Program-made: the position numbers and the translations under genes | Shown: one piece after another, positions 38,077-47,827 of the stretch | How positions within the stretch are numbered: the stretch's first letter is position 1 | How the letters are laid out: each line of letters starts with the position of its first letter | The notes under the pieces: model-generated | The model's database searches: none | Told to the model about the DNA's origin: nothing | The model's input: the letters and a program-made list of their open reading frames with translations, nothing else | NCBI GenBank assembly: GCA_037442385.1 | Contig: JBBIQJ010000001.1 | Span: 1 to 53,951, forward strand | Length of the DNA stretch: 53,951 bases | Direction: 5' to 3' | Source: Armatimonadota bacterium | GTDB taxonomy: Bacteria > Armatimonadota > Fimbriimonadia > Fimbriimonadales > GBS-DC

Positions 38077-38262
38077 AACGGCTCCGTTGCACGGAGGCTC
38101 CTTCCCCCTGTGGCATGACGGATTTTGCCACAAGGGGGGCTGCGACCGCGCTCCTACGCGCACCTGTACGGAGGCGGTTCCCGTGTCCTGTTCGCCGAAT
38201 CCCACCTGCTTTGCAACAGAGCAGGAGGGGAGGGGATTTCTCGAGAAGCCTCCCGTTACCCC

Positions 38263-38292
38263 TTGACAAACGCCGCTGGCTTGTGGTATAAT
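38263..38292 (+). promoter_or_regulatory. Near-consensus promoter (TTGACA-18-TATAAT)
   Basis: TTGACA at 38263..38268 and TGGTATAAT with the hexamer at 38287..38292, upstream of the cytochrome c gene. Confidence 0.5.
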
Positions 38293-38347
38293 TGCCTCAC
38301 TTCACTAAGTCAGGTGAATGACTCAAAAACAAGGCAGGTGAGAGACG

Positions 38348-38881
38348 ATGAACAACACACTGCGTCAACTGGGTCTTGCGTTGGGTATTGTAAGCCTTAC
38401 TGCGCTCCTGGCGTCCTGTGCGCCGCCTCCCCAGAATCAGTCCGCCTCAACAGGTTCTGGGGAAACCAAGTCCGCTGAGAATAGCGCGACATCCAGTGGC
38501 ACTTCCAGCACTACCAGTACGACCTCTTCAGGAGGGGTGCCTGCTCCTGGCAACGACGACCCCGAAGCCAAGAAGGGGATGATTCTGTTTGTCCAGCAGG
38601 GCTGCAACGCCTGCCACATGAACCCCGCCAGTGGGAAGGACTATCCTGACCTGCGCGGTGTCTATGGTTCCAAGGTCAAGCTGGCTGATGGCTCGGAAGT
38701 GGTTGCCGATGAGGCTTACCTCAAAGAGTCCATCATGGACCCGAATAAGAAGGTGGTGGCGGGGTACACCCCCAGCATGGCGTCGTACAGCTATCTCAAG
38801 GAAGAGCAGATTAATCAGCTGATTGCTTACATCAAGTCGCTCAAGGGCCAGAAGCCCGTCTATACCAAAGAAGCGAAGTAG
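38348..38881 (+). CDS. Class I c-type cytochrome, lipoprotein
   Basis: Lipobox LLAS|C, a Ser/Thr-rich linker, the heme motif CNACH, and a downstream Met ligand region (GYTPSMASY). Confidence 0.8.
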   Translation: MNNTLRQLGLALGIVSLTALLASCAPPPQNQSASTGSGETKSAENSATSSGTSSTTSTTSSGGVPAPGNDDPEAKKGMILFVQQGCNACHMNPASGKDYPDLRGVYGSKVKLADGSEVVADEAYLKESIMDPNKKVVAGYTPSMASYSYLKEEQINQLIAYIKSLKGQKPVYTKEAK

Positions 38882-38890
38882 GTGTCCCAA

Positions 38891-38917
38891 CGAGGTGGGG
38901 CGTAATGCCCTACCTCG
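38891..38917. terminator. Bidirectional stem-loop terminator
   Basis: CGAGGTGGGGC (38891..38901) pairs with GCCCTACCTCG (38907..38917), including one G-U pair. It lies between convergent genes. Confidence 0.5.
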
Positions 38918-38919
38918 CT

Positions 38920-39300
38920 TCAGTAAGCGCCCAGCTCGCGTAAGCGTTCGTCGCTGATGCCGAAATGGTGGGCAATCTCGTGAATCACGGTGCGGCGCAC
39001 GCGCTCCTTTAAGTCCGCTTTGCTTTGTGCGAGGCGCTGGAGTGGCTCCTGAAAGATGGTAATCTTATCGGGCGGCACGAACCCGTAAGAGACGCTCCGC
39101 TGGGTGAGCGGCACGCCCTCGTAAAGCCCCAGTAGCAGATGCCCCGCGCGCACGCCTGCCCGACGCAGTTGGGAGCCTGTGGGGCGCCATGCGACCACCA
39201 CCTCCACATTCTCCATATAGCGAGCAATCTCTTCGGGGAGGCTATCCAGCGCCTCTGCCACCAGCGCCTCAAACTCCTGTGGGGTCAGATCGATTGCCAT
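38920..39300 (-). CDS. Zincin-like metallopeptidase family protein (DUF1025-type)
   Basis: Start chosen at ATG 39300 ([14 protein letters not shown]...). HEIAHHFG zinc motif near the C-terminus. About 126 aa. Confidence 0.75.
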   Translation of the reverse strand: MAIDLTPQEFEALVAEALDSLPEEIARYMENVEVVVAWRPTGSQLRRAGVRAGHLLLGLYEGVPLTQRSVSYGFVPPDKITIFQEPLQRLAQSKADLKERVRRTVIHEIAHHFGISDERLRELGAY

Positions 39301-40618
39301 CGGGTGGAATCTTACCCCACTCCACCTGCAGGCACGCGGCAACGGTTTGCGCGCCCCAGCCAATCAGCAGGTAGTCGGTCAGCGTCTTGCCCACCTGTGG
39401 GAGAACCCAGTAGTGTTCGAACGGGTGCAGAAACGCCATCGGCAGCAGGGTGAGCGCGTGCCAGCCGAGCGCATAGCCAAAATATCTTCGCCAGCGATAG
39501 AACGCCCCCACAACCCCCGCATAGAGCAAAAGACCTATCAGTCTGTCCCACGGGTCCTTGAGAAGCCACACAGTCGGTTCCAGTCCAACGACCTGCCAGT
39601 AGTTCCACTGGCTCACAGGAGGAAAGAGGTCAGAAAAGTAGGTCAGCACGGGACCTGCAACGCTGCTGCGCAGTTGCTGGCGCTGATAGCGCGTGGGTTC
39701 TGTGCTAACGAGGCTCACGCGCAGAAGCACAATCAGCAAAACGCATACCAGCACCGCCCCTATGACCCGCGCCGTGCCCGCGCCCCACTTGCGCCGATGG
39801 GCGAGGGTTACCGCAAGCAGGAACGGCGCCAGCATAATCGGCTGCTCATAAGAGCCAAGCGCCAGCAGATAAAGCAGACCGCCCAGCCCCAGCCAGTGCC
39901 ATGAGCGTTCTTCGCCAGCTCGCAGGAAGCAAACTGCTGACCACACCCCGAACGCCGTGCCCAACAGCGCCGTGCGAGAGGGAACCCACTCTATCAGGCG
40001 CACATACTCAGCAGAGAGCAGGTGATCAAAGCCCCAGAAAAGCGCCCCCACACCGCACGCGAGCCAGAGCCACTGCTTATGCTCCCATCGCGTGGCGTCC
40101 AGCCTTGCCCCAGACTGTCGCAGCCAGAGCCGGACCCCTGCCAACACGAGCAGTACCCCCCACCATGCGGAGTGGGGTATCAGCCAGCGCGTCAATCCCA
40201 AGTATTGAGCGCTCAATACAACCGCCATGCCCCAGCCCCACGCGGGGTTAAGCCTTAGCAAGCGCGGGATTAAAACGGCCACGCCCAGCGCAATCGTGAG
40301 CAGCAGCAGCCAGTTGGTGAGGCAAAAGCCCCACACCGCCTCACCGTAGAGCGCGTAATCCAGCGTCAGCGAAGCCGAGCTGATGGGGCGATAAAAGCCG
40401 TTTTCCAGCAGCCAGTCGCCCAGAAACCAGCGCCCAACCCCAGACAAACCGCCCGACGCCTGAATCGCATCCAGCATCGCGGCAGTGTCGGTATCGGAGC
40501 GCAAGGGCGGCGCATGAAACACGCGGGGCAACGCCATGAGGTGTATCAGCAGCACTGCCGATACACCCCACCACAAAACGCTACTTCTGCTGCTTGAAAA
40601 AGTTCGCGTTTTTCTCAA
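39269..40618 (-). CDS. Polytopic membrane protein of unknown function (a GT-C-like glycosyltransferase fold is only a guess)
   Basis: About 435-449 aa with roughly 10 or more hydrophobic helices. The start is uncertain (ATG 40618 overlaps the ferredoxin gene; TTG 40576 and ATG 40537 are alternatives). It overlaps the downstream gene by 32 nt. Confidence 0.6.
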   Translation of the reverse strand: MRKTRTFSSSRSSVLWWGVSAVLLIHLMALPRVFHAPPLRSDTDTAAMLDAIQASGGLSGVGRWFLGDWLLENGFYRPISSASLTLDYALYGEAVWGFCLTNWLLLLTIALGVAVLIPRLLRLNPAWGWGMAVVLSAQYLGLTRWLIPHSAWWGVLLVLAGVRLWLRQSGARLDATRWEHKQWLWLACGVGALFWGFDHLLSAEYVRLIEWVPSRTALLGTAFGVWSAVCFLRAGEERSWHWLGLGGLLYLLALGSYEQPIMLAPFLLAVTLAHRRKWGAGTARVIGAVLVCVLLIVLLRVSLVSTEPTRYQRQQLRSSVAGPVLTYFSDLFPPVSQWNYWQVVGLEPTVWLLKDPWDRLIGLLLYAGVVGAFYRWRRYFGYALGWHALTLLPMAFLHPFEHYWVLPQVGKTLTDYLLIGWGAQTVAACLQVEWGKIPPDGNRSDPTGV

Positions 40619-40823
40619 TGTAATGACGCCATTCAGGAGGTACTTCGGTGTCGGGGTAGATGGCGTTTACGGGGCACTCCGGTTCACATAGACCGCAATC
40701 GATACACTCGTCCGGGTTGATATAGAACTGGTCTTCGCCTTCATAGATGCAGTCCACGGGGCAGACTGCAACGCACGACTTGTCCTTCACACCAATGCAC
40801 GGTTCCGTGATGACATAGGGCAT
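40581..40823 (-). CDS. Ferredoxin (7Fe type, 3Fe-4S plus 4Fe-4S)
   Basis: [27 protein letters not shown]...[12 protein letters not shown], the classic FdxA-type cysteine pattern. Confidence 0.9.
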   Translation of the reverse strand: MPYVITEPCIGVKDKSCVAVCPVDCIYEGEDQFYINPDECIDCGLCEPECPVNAIYPDTEVPPEWRHYIEKNANFFKQQK

Positions 40824-40847
40824 GGGTAAAGCCTCCTGTGAAGAGAA

Positions 40848-42926
40848 TTATACCTGCCCGATGTGGCGGAGCGCGTCCTCGATGCGGTTGAAAATGGGAA
40901 TGCCTGCGGGCAGATTCAAGAGAATCTCGCGCCCGTAGCTGCGGTTCTGGATTCGAGGGTCCAGAATGCACACGATGCCCCGATCGGTAGACCTGCGTAT
41001 CAGCCGTCCGAAACCCTGGCGCATCTGTTGCTTGACCATCGGCAGGCTCCAGTCCCGAAAACCATCTTTACCTTGCAGTTCCAGCAGCGCCTGGCGCGCC
41101 CGCTGGGGGGGCGTGGTCGGCACTTCGAACGGCAGGCGCACGATAATCAGGTTAGTGAGTGTTTCGCCGGGCGCATCAAACCCTGTCCAGAAGGAGCGCA
41201 AGCCGAATAGCACCGAGTGGGTGTTCGCCCGAAACTGTTGGGAGAGGTGCGCGTTGGAGCCGTCGCCCTGCACATAGATAGGGATGCCTTCCAGTCGTGG
41301 CATGCGCTGATAGACTTCCATCATCTCCGCGCGGGAAGCGAACAGCACCAGTGCGCGTCCCCGCGAGGCGCGAAGCAGGCGCGCCAGCTCCTGCGCGACG
41401 CGGTCGTAATAGCCCGTTTCTCTGCCCTGGCGCGTGTTGGCAGGCGGTGGCGGAATGGTGCCCAGCGGCGGCAAGTAGAAAGCGCACTGGCGAGGATACT
41501 CAAACACAGGCGGCAGCTGGAGCGTGCAGGGATTCTCTAGCCCGACCTGCTGGAGATAAAAATCGAAGCGGTTATCTATCGTGAGCGTGGCGCTCATCAG
41601 CAGGGTAGGCTGGTTGCAGAACAGATTCTCGCGGAGCCACCCGCTCACATCCAGCGGCTCGTAACAAAGACGCCAGCCTTCTGGCGCAGGCTCCGCCCAG
41701 CTGACCCCCTCGGGCGGATGTATCAGGCGCTCCAGCTGGGTGAACACCCCCTTCGCCCAGAGGTTGAACTGTAGCAACACCTCCTGCACTGACACCTTCT
41801 GGGAATCGGTGAGTTGAGACTTGTGGTCTTCCCACGCCTGGCGCAGACGGTTCTGAAGCTGAATCAGCAGGATTTGAAGCGCCACTACCAGCGACTCGGC
41901 TTGCTGAGCGTGTTCCTTGCTGATGTGGATGGAATGGGTCTGCTCCATCTCAGGAGGCGCAACGCCAATAATAACACCGTTTTCAGGAATCGCGCCGAAG
42001 TCCACCCGGTTCATGTGGGCTTGCACCAGTCGAGCAAAGTCCTGAACTGCGAGCTGGACCTGATTCAAAAACCCCTGTGGCGGGTTTTTGCTCTCCAGAG
42101 CCGAAGCGAACTCGTTGCTCACGACACTGACCGTGCGGATAATCTCCTGCGCGGTTTCGAGGCAGAGTTCGCTTGCCAGGGCGTTCTGGGCAGCGCCTAT
42201 CAGATCGTGCGCCTCGTCTATCACCAGAAAATCGTACTTACCCAGCAGCGACGCTTTGCCGGCGGAGACCTCTTTCAGCAGGGCGTCAGCCAGCACCACC
42301 GCATGGTTCGTAATCACGATTCGGGCGCTTGCGGCTCTGTCTCGGCTCTTATAGAAAAAGCATTCGTTGTAGTATTTGCAGGCGCGAGCGCGACAATATG
42401 GGGGCACTGCCACGATGCTGAATAAGTCGCGCATCATCGACTGGGGGATTGCCTTGCGTGTCAGGAAGGTGTTCAGTTCGCTTTCAGTGCCTTCTTGTGC
42501 GATGGACACCCACTCCTGCAGGAACCCTTGCAGTTCGGGAGCGATTCTGCCCAGCTCGCGTCCGTAAATGCGGGAAAGACATGCGTAGCGGGAGCGCCCC
42601 ATCGCCAGCGCGGTGGAGATTGGCAGCTCAGGGAACAGGCTCAGGGCGAAGGGCAGGTCCTTGAGCCAGTATTGCTCCGCCAGCACATTCGTGTAGGTGC
42701 AGATGACGATGCGTTTGTTGCTTTGGGCGCAGGCGCGAATGGCGGGCAGCAAGACGGCAAGGCTTTTGCCCACCCCTGTCGGTGCTTCCACCACGCCCGA
42801 TGTGCCTGCCTCGATACACTCGGCGACAAACTGTGCCATCTGGCGTTGCACAGGACGCGGTTCGTAGTCTGCCTGCGCCTCCAGACGCTTGAATGCTTCC
42901 CCCAAACTGAAACCCGTTGCTGACAT
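40848..42926 (-). CDS. dinG: ATP-dependent DNA helicase, DinG/XPD (Rad3) family
   Basis: Start chosen at ATG 42926 (MSATGFSL...). Walker A APTGVGKS, DEAH box VIDEAHDL, a Cys cluster (CRARACKYYNEC) consistent with an Fe-S domain, and C-terminal helicase motifs. Confidence 0.8.
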   Translation of the reverse strand: MSATGFSLGEAFKRLEAQADYEPRPVQRQMAQFVAECIEAGTSGVVEAPTGVGKSLAVLLPAIRACAQSNKRIVICTYTNVLAEQYWLKDLPFALSLFPELPISTALAMGRSRYACLSRIYGRELGRIAPELQGFLQEWVSIAQEGTESELNTFLTRKAIPQSMMRDLFSIVAVPPYCRARACKYYNECFFYKSRDRAASARIVITNHAVVLADALLKEVSAGKASLLGKYDFLVIDEAHDLIGAAQNALASELCLETAQEIIRTVSVVSNEFASALESKNPPQGFLNQVQLAVQDFARLVQAHMNRVDFGAIPENGVIIGVAPPEMEQTHSIHISKEHAQQAESLVVALQILLIQLQNRLRQAWEDHKSQLTDSQKVSVQEVLLQFNLWAKGVFTQLERLIHPPEGVSWAEPAPEGWRLCYEPLDVSGWLRENLFCNQPTLLMSATLTIDNRFDFYLQQVGLENPCTLQLPPVFEYPRQCAFYLPPLGTIPPPPANTRQGRETGYYDRVAQELARLLRASRGRALVLFASRAEMMEVYQRMPRLEGIPIYVQGDGSNAHLSQQFRANTHSVLFGLRSFWTGFDAPGETLTNLIIVRLPFEVPTTPPQRARQALLELQGKDGFRDWSLPMVKQQMRQGFGRLIRRSTDRGIVCILDPRIQNRSYGREILLNLPAGIPIFNRIEDALRHIGQV

Positions 42927-43116
42927 CAGATATCTCGAGTATACCCTGCCAAGGCTTGCCGCTTCGGGTAGGGGGATGAGCGCCCTTGTAAACGGAGTGC
43001 GTTCCCGCTGTTGGGCACAGGCGCCCCTTAATTCCGTGTCTTGCTCGTTTTCCTGAATCGCCCCTGAAGCGTTTGCGACAGGATTTTTATCCGAACCGCT
43101 GAAAGAGGCAAGCTCT

Positions 43117-44727
43117 ATGTGGCTCGATGCGTGCAGGATTGGGTGGGCGGAACGGCGCACTTATCGGGTGCGGATGCGCGATGGGGTTCACCTCGCGACC
43201 GATGTGTATCTGCCAGAAGGCAAGCCGCCGTTCCCCCTGATATTGATTCGTACGCCGTACAACAAGGAGGCGCTTCAAGGGCTGGGCGCGGAGGGGGGCA
43301 AACGGGGCTATGCGGTGGTGATTCAGGACACGCGCGGGCGGTTTGCCTCCGAAGGCGAAAACCTGCCTTTTGAGGGCGACGGCTGGTGGGAGAACCGCGC
43401 CGACGGCGTGGACACTGTAGAGTGGATTCTTCAGCAGCCCTGGTGCAACGGGCGAATCGGCACATGGGGCGGCTCGGCGCTGGGGATTAACCAGATTTTC
43501 CTGGCATGCGCGGGCGAACAGCGAATCGTCTGTCAGCATATCACGGTGGGCGAGCCGAACCTCCATCGGGCGCTCTACCCGGGCGGGGTGTTCAAAAAAT
43601 CGCTCGTGGAGGAGTGGCTCAGAGTGACCCAGCATGCGCCCGAAGCGCTCACGCTCTGGACGCACCATGCGACCTACGACACCTTCTGGCAAACGCGCGA
43701 TGCCACCCGCCGCTTCGAGCGCGTAAATGTGCCTGCCGTGCATATCGGAGGCTACTACGACATTTTCGCGCAGGGCACGCTGGACGCCTTCGTGGGCTAC
43801 CAGACTCGCGGTGGGAGCCGTGCGCGCGGTCAACAGAAACTGCTGATGGGACCCTGGACGCACGGCGTCCTTCAACGGCACGTGGGCGAGCTGGAGTTCC
43901 CCAACGCCGATAAGCCACCTTGCACCTTTCACGATGCATGGCGCTGGTTCGAAGCGCATTTGAAGGGCGTGCGAAACGGGACTCAGGGCGAGCCGAATGT
44001 GGTCTACTATGTGATGGGCGATTGCAGCGACCCTCGTGCGCCCGGCAACGAATGGCGCATGGCGCATCACTGGCCGCCCGTGCCCACACGCTCCACGCCC
44101 CTCTACCTGCATGCCGACGGAACCGCCCGCTGGCGCCCTCCCCAGGGACAGCGCACACTCAGCGCCCGCTATGATCCACGCAACCCCGTGCCCACCATAG
44201 GCGGACGCGAGCTGAACCTGCCTGCGGGACCCCGCGATCAGCGCAAGATTGAGGCGCGTCCCGATGTGCTGGTCTTCACGACCGATCCACTGCCTGCGCC
44301 CCTTGAAATCACGGGCAGGGTTTCCGCGGTGCTATGGGTGGAGTCGGATGCGCCTGACACCGACTTTTTCGTGCGTCTGTGTGATGTCTACCCTGATGGA
44401 CGCTCGTTCAATCTCTGCGAGGGAGTGCTGCGAGCGCGGTTCCGCAAATCGCTCTCTCGCGAGGTTTGGATGCGATGGGGGCGCATCTATCGCCTGCAGA
44501 TAGACCTCTGGAACCTGAGCGTGATTGTGAATCGGGGGCATCGCCTACGCGTGCATATCACCTTCAGCAGCGCCCCGGGCTATGATCCCAATCCCAACAC
44601 CGCCACGCCGTTTCGCCAGGGCGCCGCTTCGCGCCCTGCAGTGAATACGGTTCATCTGAGCGCACGCTATCCGAGCCACCTGATTTTGCCCGTCCCGAAG
44701 AGCGGATTTAACCGAACCGCGCGATAA
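43117..44727 (+). CDS. CocE/NonD family hydrolase (S15 X-Pro dipeptidyl-peptidase-like)
   Basis: 536 aa with RDGVHLATDVYLPEG...ILIRTPYNKE and the nucleophile elbow GTWGGSALG. AAAGAGG lies 8 nt upstream of the start. Confidence 0.85.
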   Translation: MWLDACRIGWAERRTYRVRMRDGVHLATDVYLPEGKPPFPLILIRTPYNKEALQGLGAEGGKRGYAVVIQDTRGRFASEGENLPFEGDGWWENRADGVDTVEWILQQPWCNGRIGTWGGSALGINQIFLACAGEQRIVCQHITVGEPNLHRALYPGGVFKKSLVEEWLRVTQHAPEALTLWTHHATYDTFWQTRDATRRFERVNVPAVHIGGYYDIFAQGTLDAFVGYQTRGGSRARGQQKLLMGPWTHGVLQRHVGELEFPNADKPPCTFHDAWRWFEAHLKGVRNGTQGEPNVVYYVMGDCSDPRAPGNEWRMAHHWPPVPTRSTPLYLHADGTARWRPPQGQRTLSARYDPRNPVPTIGGRELNLPAGPRDQRKIEARPDVLVFTTDPLPAPLEITGRVSAVLWVESDAPDTDFFVRLCDVYPDGRSFNLCEGVLRARFRKSLSREVWMRWGRIYRLQIDLWNLSVIVNRGHRLRVHITFSSAPGYDPNPNTATPFRQGAASRPAVNTVHLSARYPSHLILPVPKSGFNRTAR

Positions 44728-45601
44728 GCGCCTCCAGTAACAGGCGCACGGCGGTCAGCGCGCTGTTCTGAGTGGGGTCCAGGGTGGGGGTCAGCTCCAC
44801 GAAGTCCGCTCCGACGAGCGTGTTCTGGCGAATGATCTCAGCGATTATCTGCACCGCCTCGTGGAAACTCAAGCCATCGGGTTCGGGGCTGTTGACGGCG
44901 GGCAGCAGGGTGGGGTCTAAGGCGTCGGCATCGATGGAGAGGTAAACAGGCTTGCCCGACGGCAGGGGCAGCGGTTGCCCTTCACGGAGCGCCTCACGAA
45001 ACACCAGCGTGTGCCCCCGCGCCCGCGCCGCCTGCACCGCTTCGGGGTCAAACCGCACGCCGCGAAGTCCGATTGTGGTGATGTGGGTCAGGTTCGGCAG
45101 CACCTCCACCGCGCGGCGGAAGGGGCTGGAGTTGGAATAGCGCACGCCGTCGCGCGCGTCGGTGAAATCCAGGTGGGCGTCAATCTGCACCACATGCAGG
45201 TCGGGCACATCGTCAAACGCCCGGAGCAGGGGGAAGGTGATGCTGTGATCGCCGCCGAGAAAAAGGGGCAACTGCACGCGCTGGCGCAGGAGTCGGGCTG
45301 ATTCGGTAATGCGTGCAAACGCCGTCTCGTAGTCCATCGGCGGCGTGTCTACATCGCCCGCGTCCACAACACGAACGCCTTTCAAGCGATCTCCATGAAG
45401 GGGATGGTAGTAGCCATGCTCCGAGAGGGGATAGCGCAGGCTGGCGAGCCGCAACGCCTGGGGCGCGAACCGCGCGCCGGGGCGATAGCCCACCGCCCCA
45501 TCCCACGGAACACCCAGCACGCCCACCTCCGCCTGCCACGAGCCGCTGAGGGTGTGGTGAGGCGCACGCAGGAAAGTCGCCACACCCGCAAAGGGAACCA
45601 T
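44708..45601 (-). CDS. Arginase/agmatinase/formiminoglutamase family ureohydrolase
   Basis: 297 aa with the Mn-binding motifs GGDHSITFP, IDAHLD and SIDADALDP. It begins 3 nt after the glmS stop codon. Confidence 0.8.
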   Translation of the reverse strand: MVPFAGVATFLRAPHHTLSGSWQAEVGVLGVPWDGAVGYRPGARFAPQALRLASLRYPLSEHGYYHPLHGDRLKGVRVVDAGDVDTPPMDYETAFARITESARLLRQRVQLPLFLGGDHSITFPLLRAFDDVPDLHVVQIDAHLDFTDARDGVRYSNSSPFRRAVEVLPNLTHITTIGLRGVRFDPEAVQAARARGHTLVFREALREGQPLPLPSGKPVYLSIDADALDPTLLPAVNSPEPDGLSFHEAVQIIAEIIRQNTLVGADFVELTPTLDPTQNSALTAVRLLLEALIARFG

Positions 45602-45604
45602 CGC

Positions 45605-47437
45605 CTACTCCACCGTAACGCTCTTGGCGAGGTTGCGCGGCTGGTCAATCTCGCACCCGCGCAGGCGCGCCACATGGTAGGCGAACAACTGCAGGATGGG
45701 AATCGTTAACAGGGGCGCGAGCTCCTCCATCGGCGGGTGCGGCACCATGATGGTGTAGTCCGCCTCCTGGGGCAACAGGTCGTCGCCTTCGGTTGTGACC
45801 AGAAACACCGTGCCCTGTCGCGCTTTAATCTCCTTGAGGTTGCCCAGCAGCTTTTCACGAGTGCGCTCCTGCGAGGCGATGAAAACCGCAATCACGCCCG
45901 GCTCCACCAGCGCGAGCGGCCCGTGTTTCATCTCGCCTGCGGGCGGCTCCTGCGTGGGGATGTAGGCAATCTCCTTGAGTTTGAGGGCGCCTTCCATCGC
46001 GACATAAGCGTCCACGCCGCGTCCCAGGTAGAACGCCAGATGCGTGCGATGGAGCGCTTCCGCTACCGCGCGCACCTCTGGTTCACGCTCTAGACTGCGG
46101 GCGATGAGCGACGGCAACTGCATTAGCCCCTTCGCTCCCTCCGAATAGGTCGCCATCGGGAGCGTGCCGTTAATCGCCGACAGGTACAGCCCCAGCAGAT
46201 ACAGCACCGCCACCTGTGTGCTGTAGGCTTTGGTGGAAGCGACGGAGATTTCGGGACCCGCTTGCGTGTAAATCACATGGTCGCATTCGCGGGCGATGCT
46301 GCTGCCCACCACATTCACGATGCCGAGCGTGGTATAGCCTGCCTCGCGGCACAGGCGGAGCGCGGCGAGCGTGTCGGCGGTCTCGCCCGACTGGCTAATA
46401 AAGATTGCCAGCGTGTTTGGCTGCAGAATCGGGTCGCCGTAGCGAAACTCCGAAGAGTAGTAGACTTCCACGGGGCGTCGGAGCCAGCGCTCCAGCACAT
46501 GCTTGCCAATCAAGCCCGCATGGTACGCCGTGCCGCACGCCACAATCAGGATGCGCCGGAACTTCTGCCAATCCTCCACCTCCAGCTTCAGCTCGGGGAA
46601 CTGGATGCCGCCGTTGGGCTTGAGACGCCCTCGCAGGGTGTCGCGCACCGCCTCAGGCTGCTCCAGGATCTCCTTGATCATGAAATGTTCGTGTCCGCCC
46701 TTCTCGGCAGCCTCGGCAGACCATGTGATTTCCACAGGGGGGCGCTCCACGGGGCTGCCGTCCAGTCGGAACAGACGCACCGAGTCGCGCGTTATCACGC
46801 CGAGGTCGCCATTCTCCAGCAGGATGACCCTCCGTGTGTAGGGCAGCAGGGCAGGAATGTCCGAGGCGATGAAGTTTTCGCCTTCGCCCAAGCCTATCAC
46901 CAGCGGGGAGTCGTTGCGCGCCACCACCACGCGGTCGGGGTAGTCGGCGAACATCACCGCAATCGCGTACGAGCCGCGCACGGGCAGTAACGCGCGACGC
47001 ACTGCCTCTTCGGGCGAGTCGCACAGGGGCAGCTGCTCTTCGATTAGGTGCGCCAGCACTTCGGTGTCGGTCTCGGAGCTGAACCGATGTCCGCGTCCCA
47101 GCAACTCCTGACGCAGCTCCAGATAGTTCTCGATAATCCCGTTATGCACGACGGCGACTTTGCCCTGCTCGTCGGTATGGGGGTGGGCGTTCGGGTCGTT
47201 GGGGATGCCGTGGGTCGCCCAGCGCGTGTGGGAGACCGCCAGTCCGTGCGCCTCCACGCCGTTCAACAGTTCCGTGAGCTGCTGGATCTTGCCTGCCCGC
47301 TTCATCACCTCCAGCTGGCGCCCGCTCCAGAACGCCACGCCCGCCGAATCGTAGCCCCGATATTCCAGCCGTTTGAGCGTGTCCAGCGCAATCTCTATCG
47401 CCTGTCTCGGTCCGATATAGCCTGTTATGCCACACAT
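45605..47437 (-). CDS. glmS: Glutamine--fructose-6-phosphate aminotransferase (isomerizing)
   Basis: MCGITGYIG N-terminal nucleophile, two SIS domains and the C-terminal ...LAKSVTVE. 610 aa. Confidence 0.95.
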   Translation of the reverse strand: MCGITGYIGPRQAIEIALDTLKRLEYRGYDSAGVAFWSGRQLEVMKRAGKIQQLTELLNGVEAHGLAVSHTRWATHGIPNDPNAHPHTDEQGKVAVVHNGIIENYLELRQELLGRGHRFSSETDTEVLAHLIEEQLPLCDSPEEAVRRALLPVRGSYAIAVMFADYPDRVVVARNDSPLVIGLGEGENFIASDIPALLPYTRRVILLENGDLGVITRDSVRLFRLDGSPVERPPVEITWSAEAAEKGGHEHFMIKEILEQPEAVRDTLRGRLKPNGGIQFPELKLEVEDWQKFRRILIVACGTAYHAGLIGKHVLERWLRRPVEVYYSSEFRYGDPILQPNTLAIFISQSGETADTLAALRLCREAGYTTLGIVNVVGSSIARECDHVIYTQAGPEISVASTKAYSTQVAVLYLLGLYLSAINGTLPMATYSEGAKGLMQLPSLIARSLEREPEVRAVAEALHRTHLAFYLGRGVDAYVAMEGALKLKEIAYIPTQEPPAGEMKHGPLALVEPGVIAVFIASQERTREKLLGNLKEIKARQGTVFLVTTEGDDLLPQEADYTIMVPHPPMEELAPLLTIPILQLFAYHVARLRGCEIDQPRNLAKSVTVE

Positions 47438-47593
47438 GGGTGTCGTTCCCTCTCCTGATAATTATGGCGTTGCAAAGAAGGATACCCGATGGACGGGGTT
47501 TTCGGGACGACTCACGCGAAATTCGGTGGCAGGGATGCGGAGAGGGATAGCCCTCCCTCGCCTTCAGGGTACACTTCTTTATGAGGTGAGCCA

Positions 47594-47827
47594 ATGACCC
47601 ACATCGGAACCGTTCACGGCAACCGAATCGAACTGGAAGAACCGGTCAACCTGCCCCAGGGCGCGCGGGTGCATGTCGTTATCCTGCCGCTAACGGAACC
47701 CGACAGCCGCCGCCTGATTGGGCTTTTTGCACAGGACGCTGATGTGCTGGATTGCCTGATAGAAACCGTTACGCATGAGCGCGAGACGCGCCCCCTGCGT
47801 GGAGACAATGGACAAAGCCTTACTTGA
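47594..47827 (+). CDS. Putative antitoxin (AF2212/DUF104-like), partner of the PIN toxin
   Basis: 77 aa with GTVHGNRIELEEPVNLPQGARVHVVILP, typical of small antitoxins paired with VapC. It overlaps the downstream PIN ORF by 20 nt. Confidence 0.55.
   Translation: MTHIGTVHGNRIELEEPVNLPQGARVHVVILPLTEPDSRRLIGLFAQDADVLDCLIETVTHERETRPLRGDNGQSLT

Noticed and set aside
43087-44112. 341-aa ORF antisense to the CocE/NonD hydrolase gene
   Set aside because: It is a shadow ORF typical of high-GC DNA, with an Arg/Ala/Pro/His-rich translation and no motifs. The opposite strand encodes a clearly recognisable S15-family hydrolase.
47438-47593. Possible glmS ribozyme in the glmS 5' leader
   Set aside because: Reading the minus strand, I could not find the conserved ribozyme core segments. 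The region is short and contains mainly an SD and one simple hairpin. I kept this only as a negative note that an Infernal scan should confirm.
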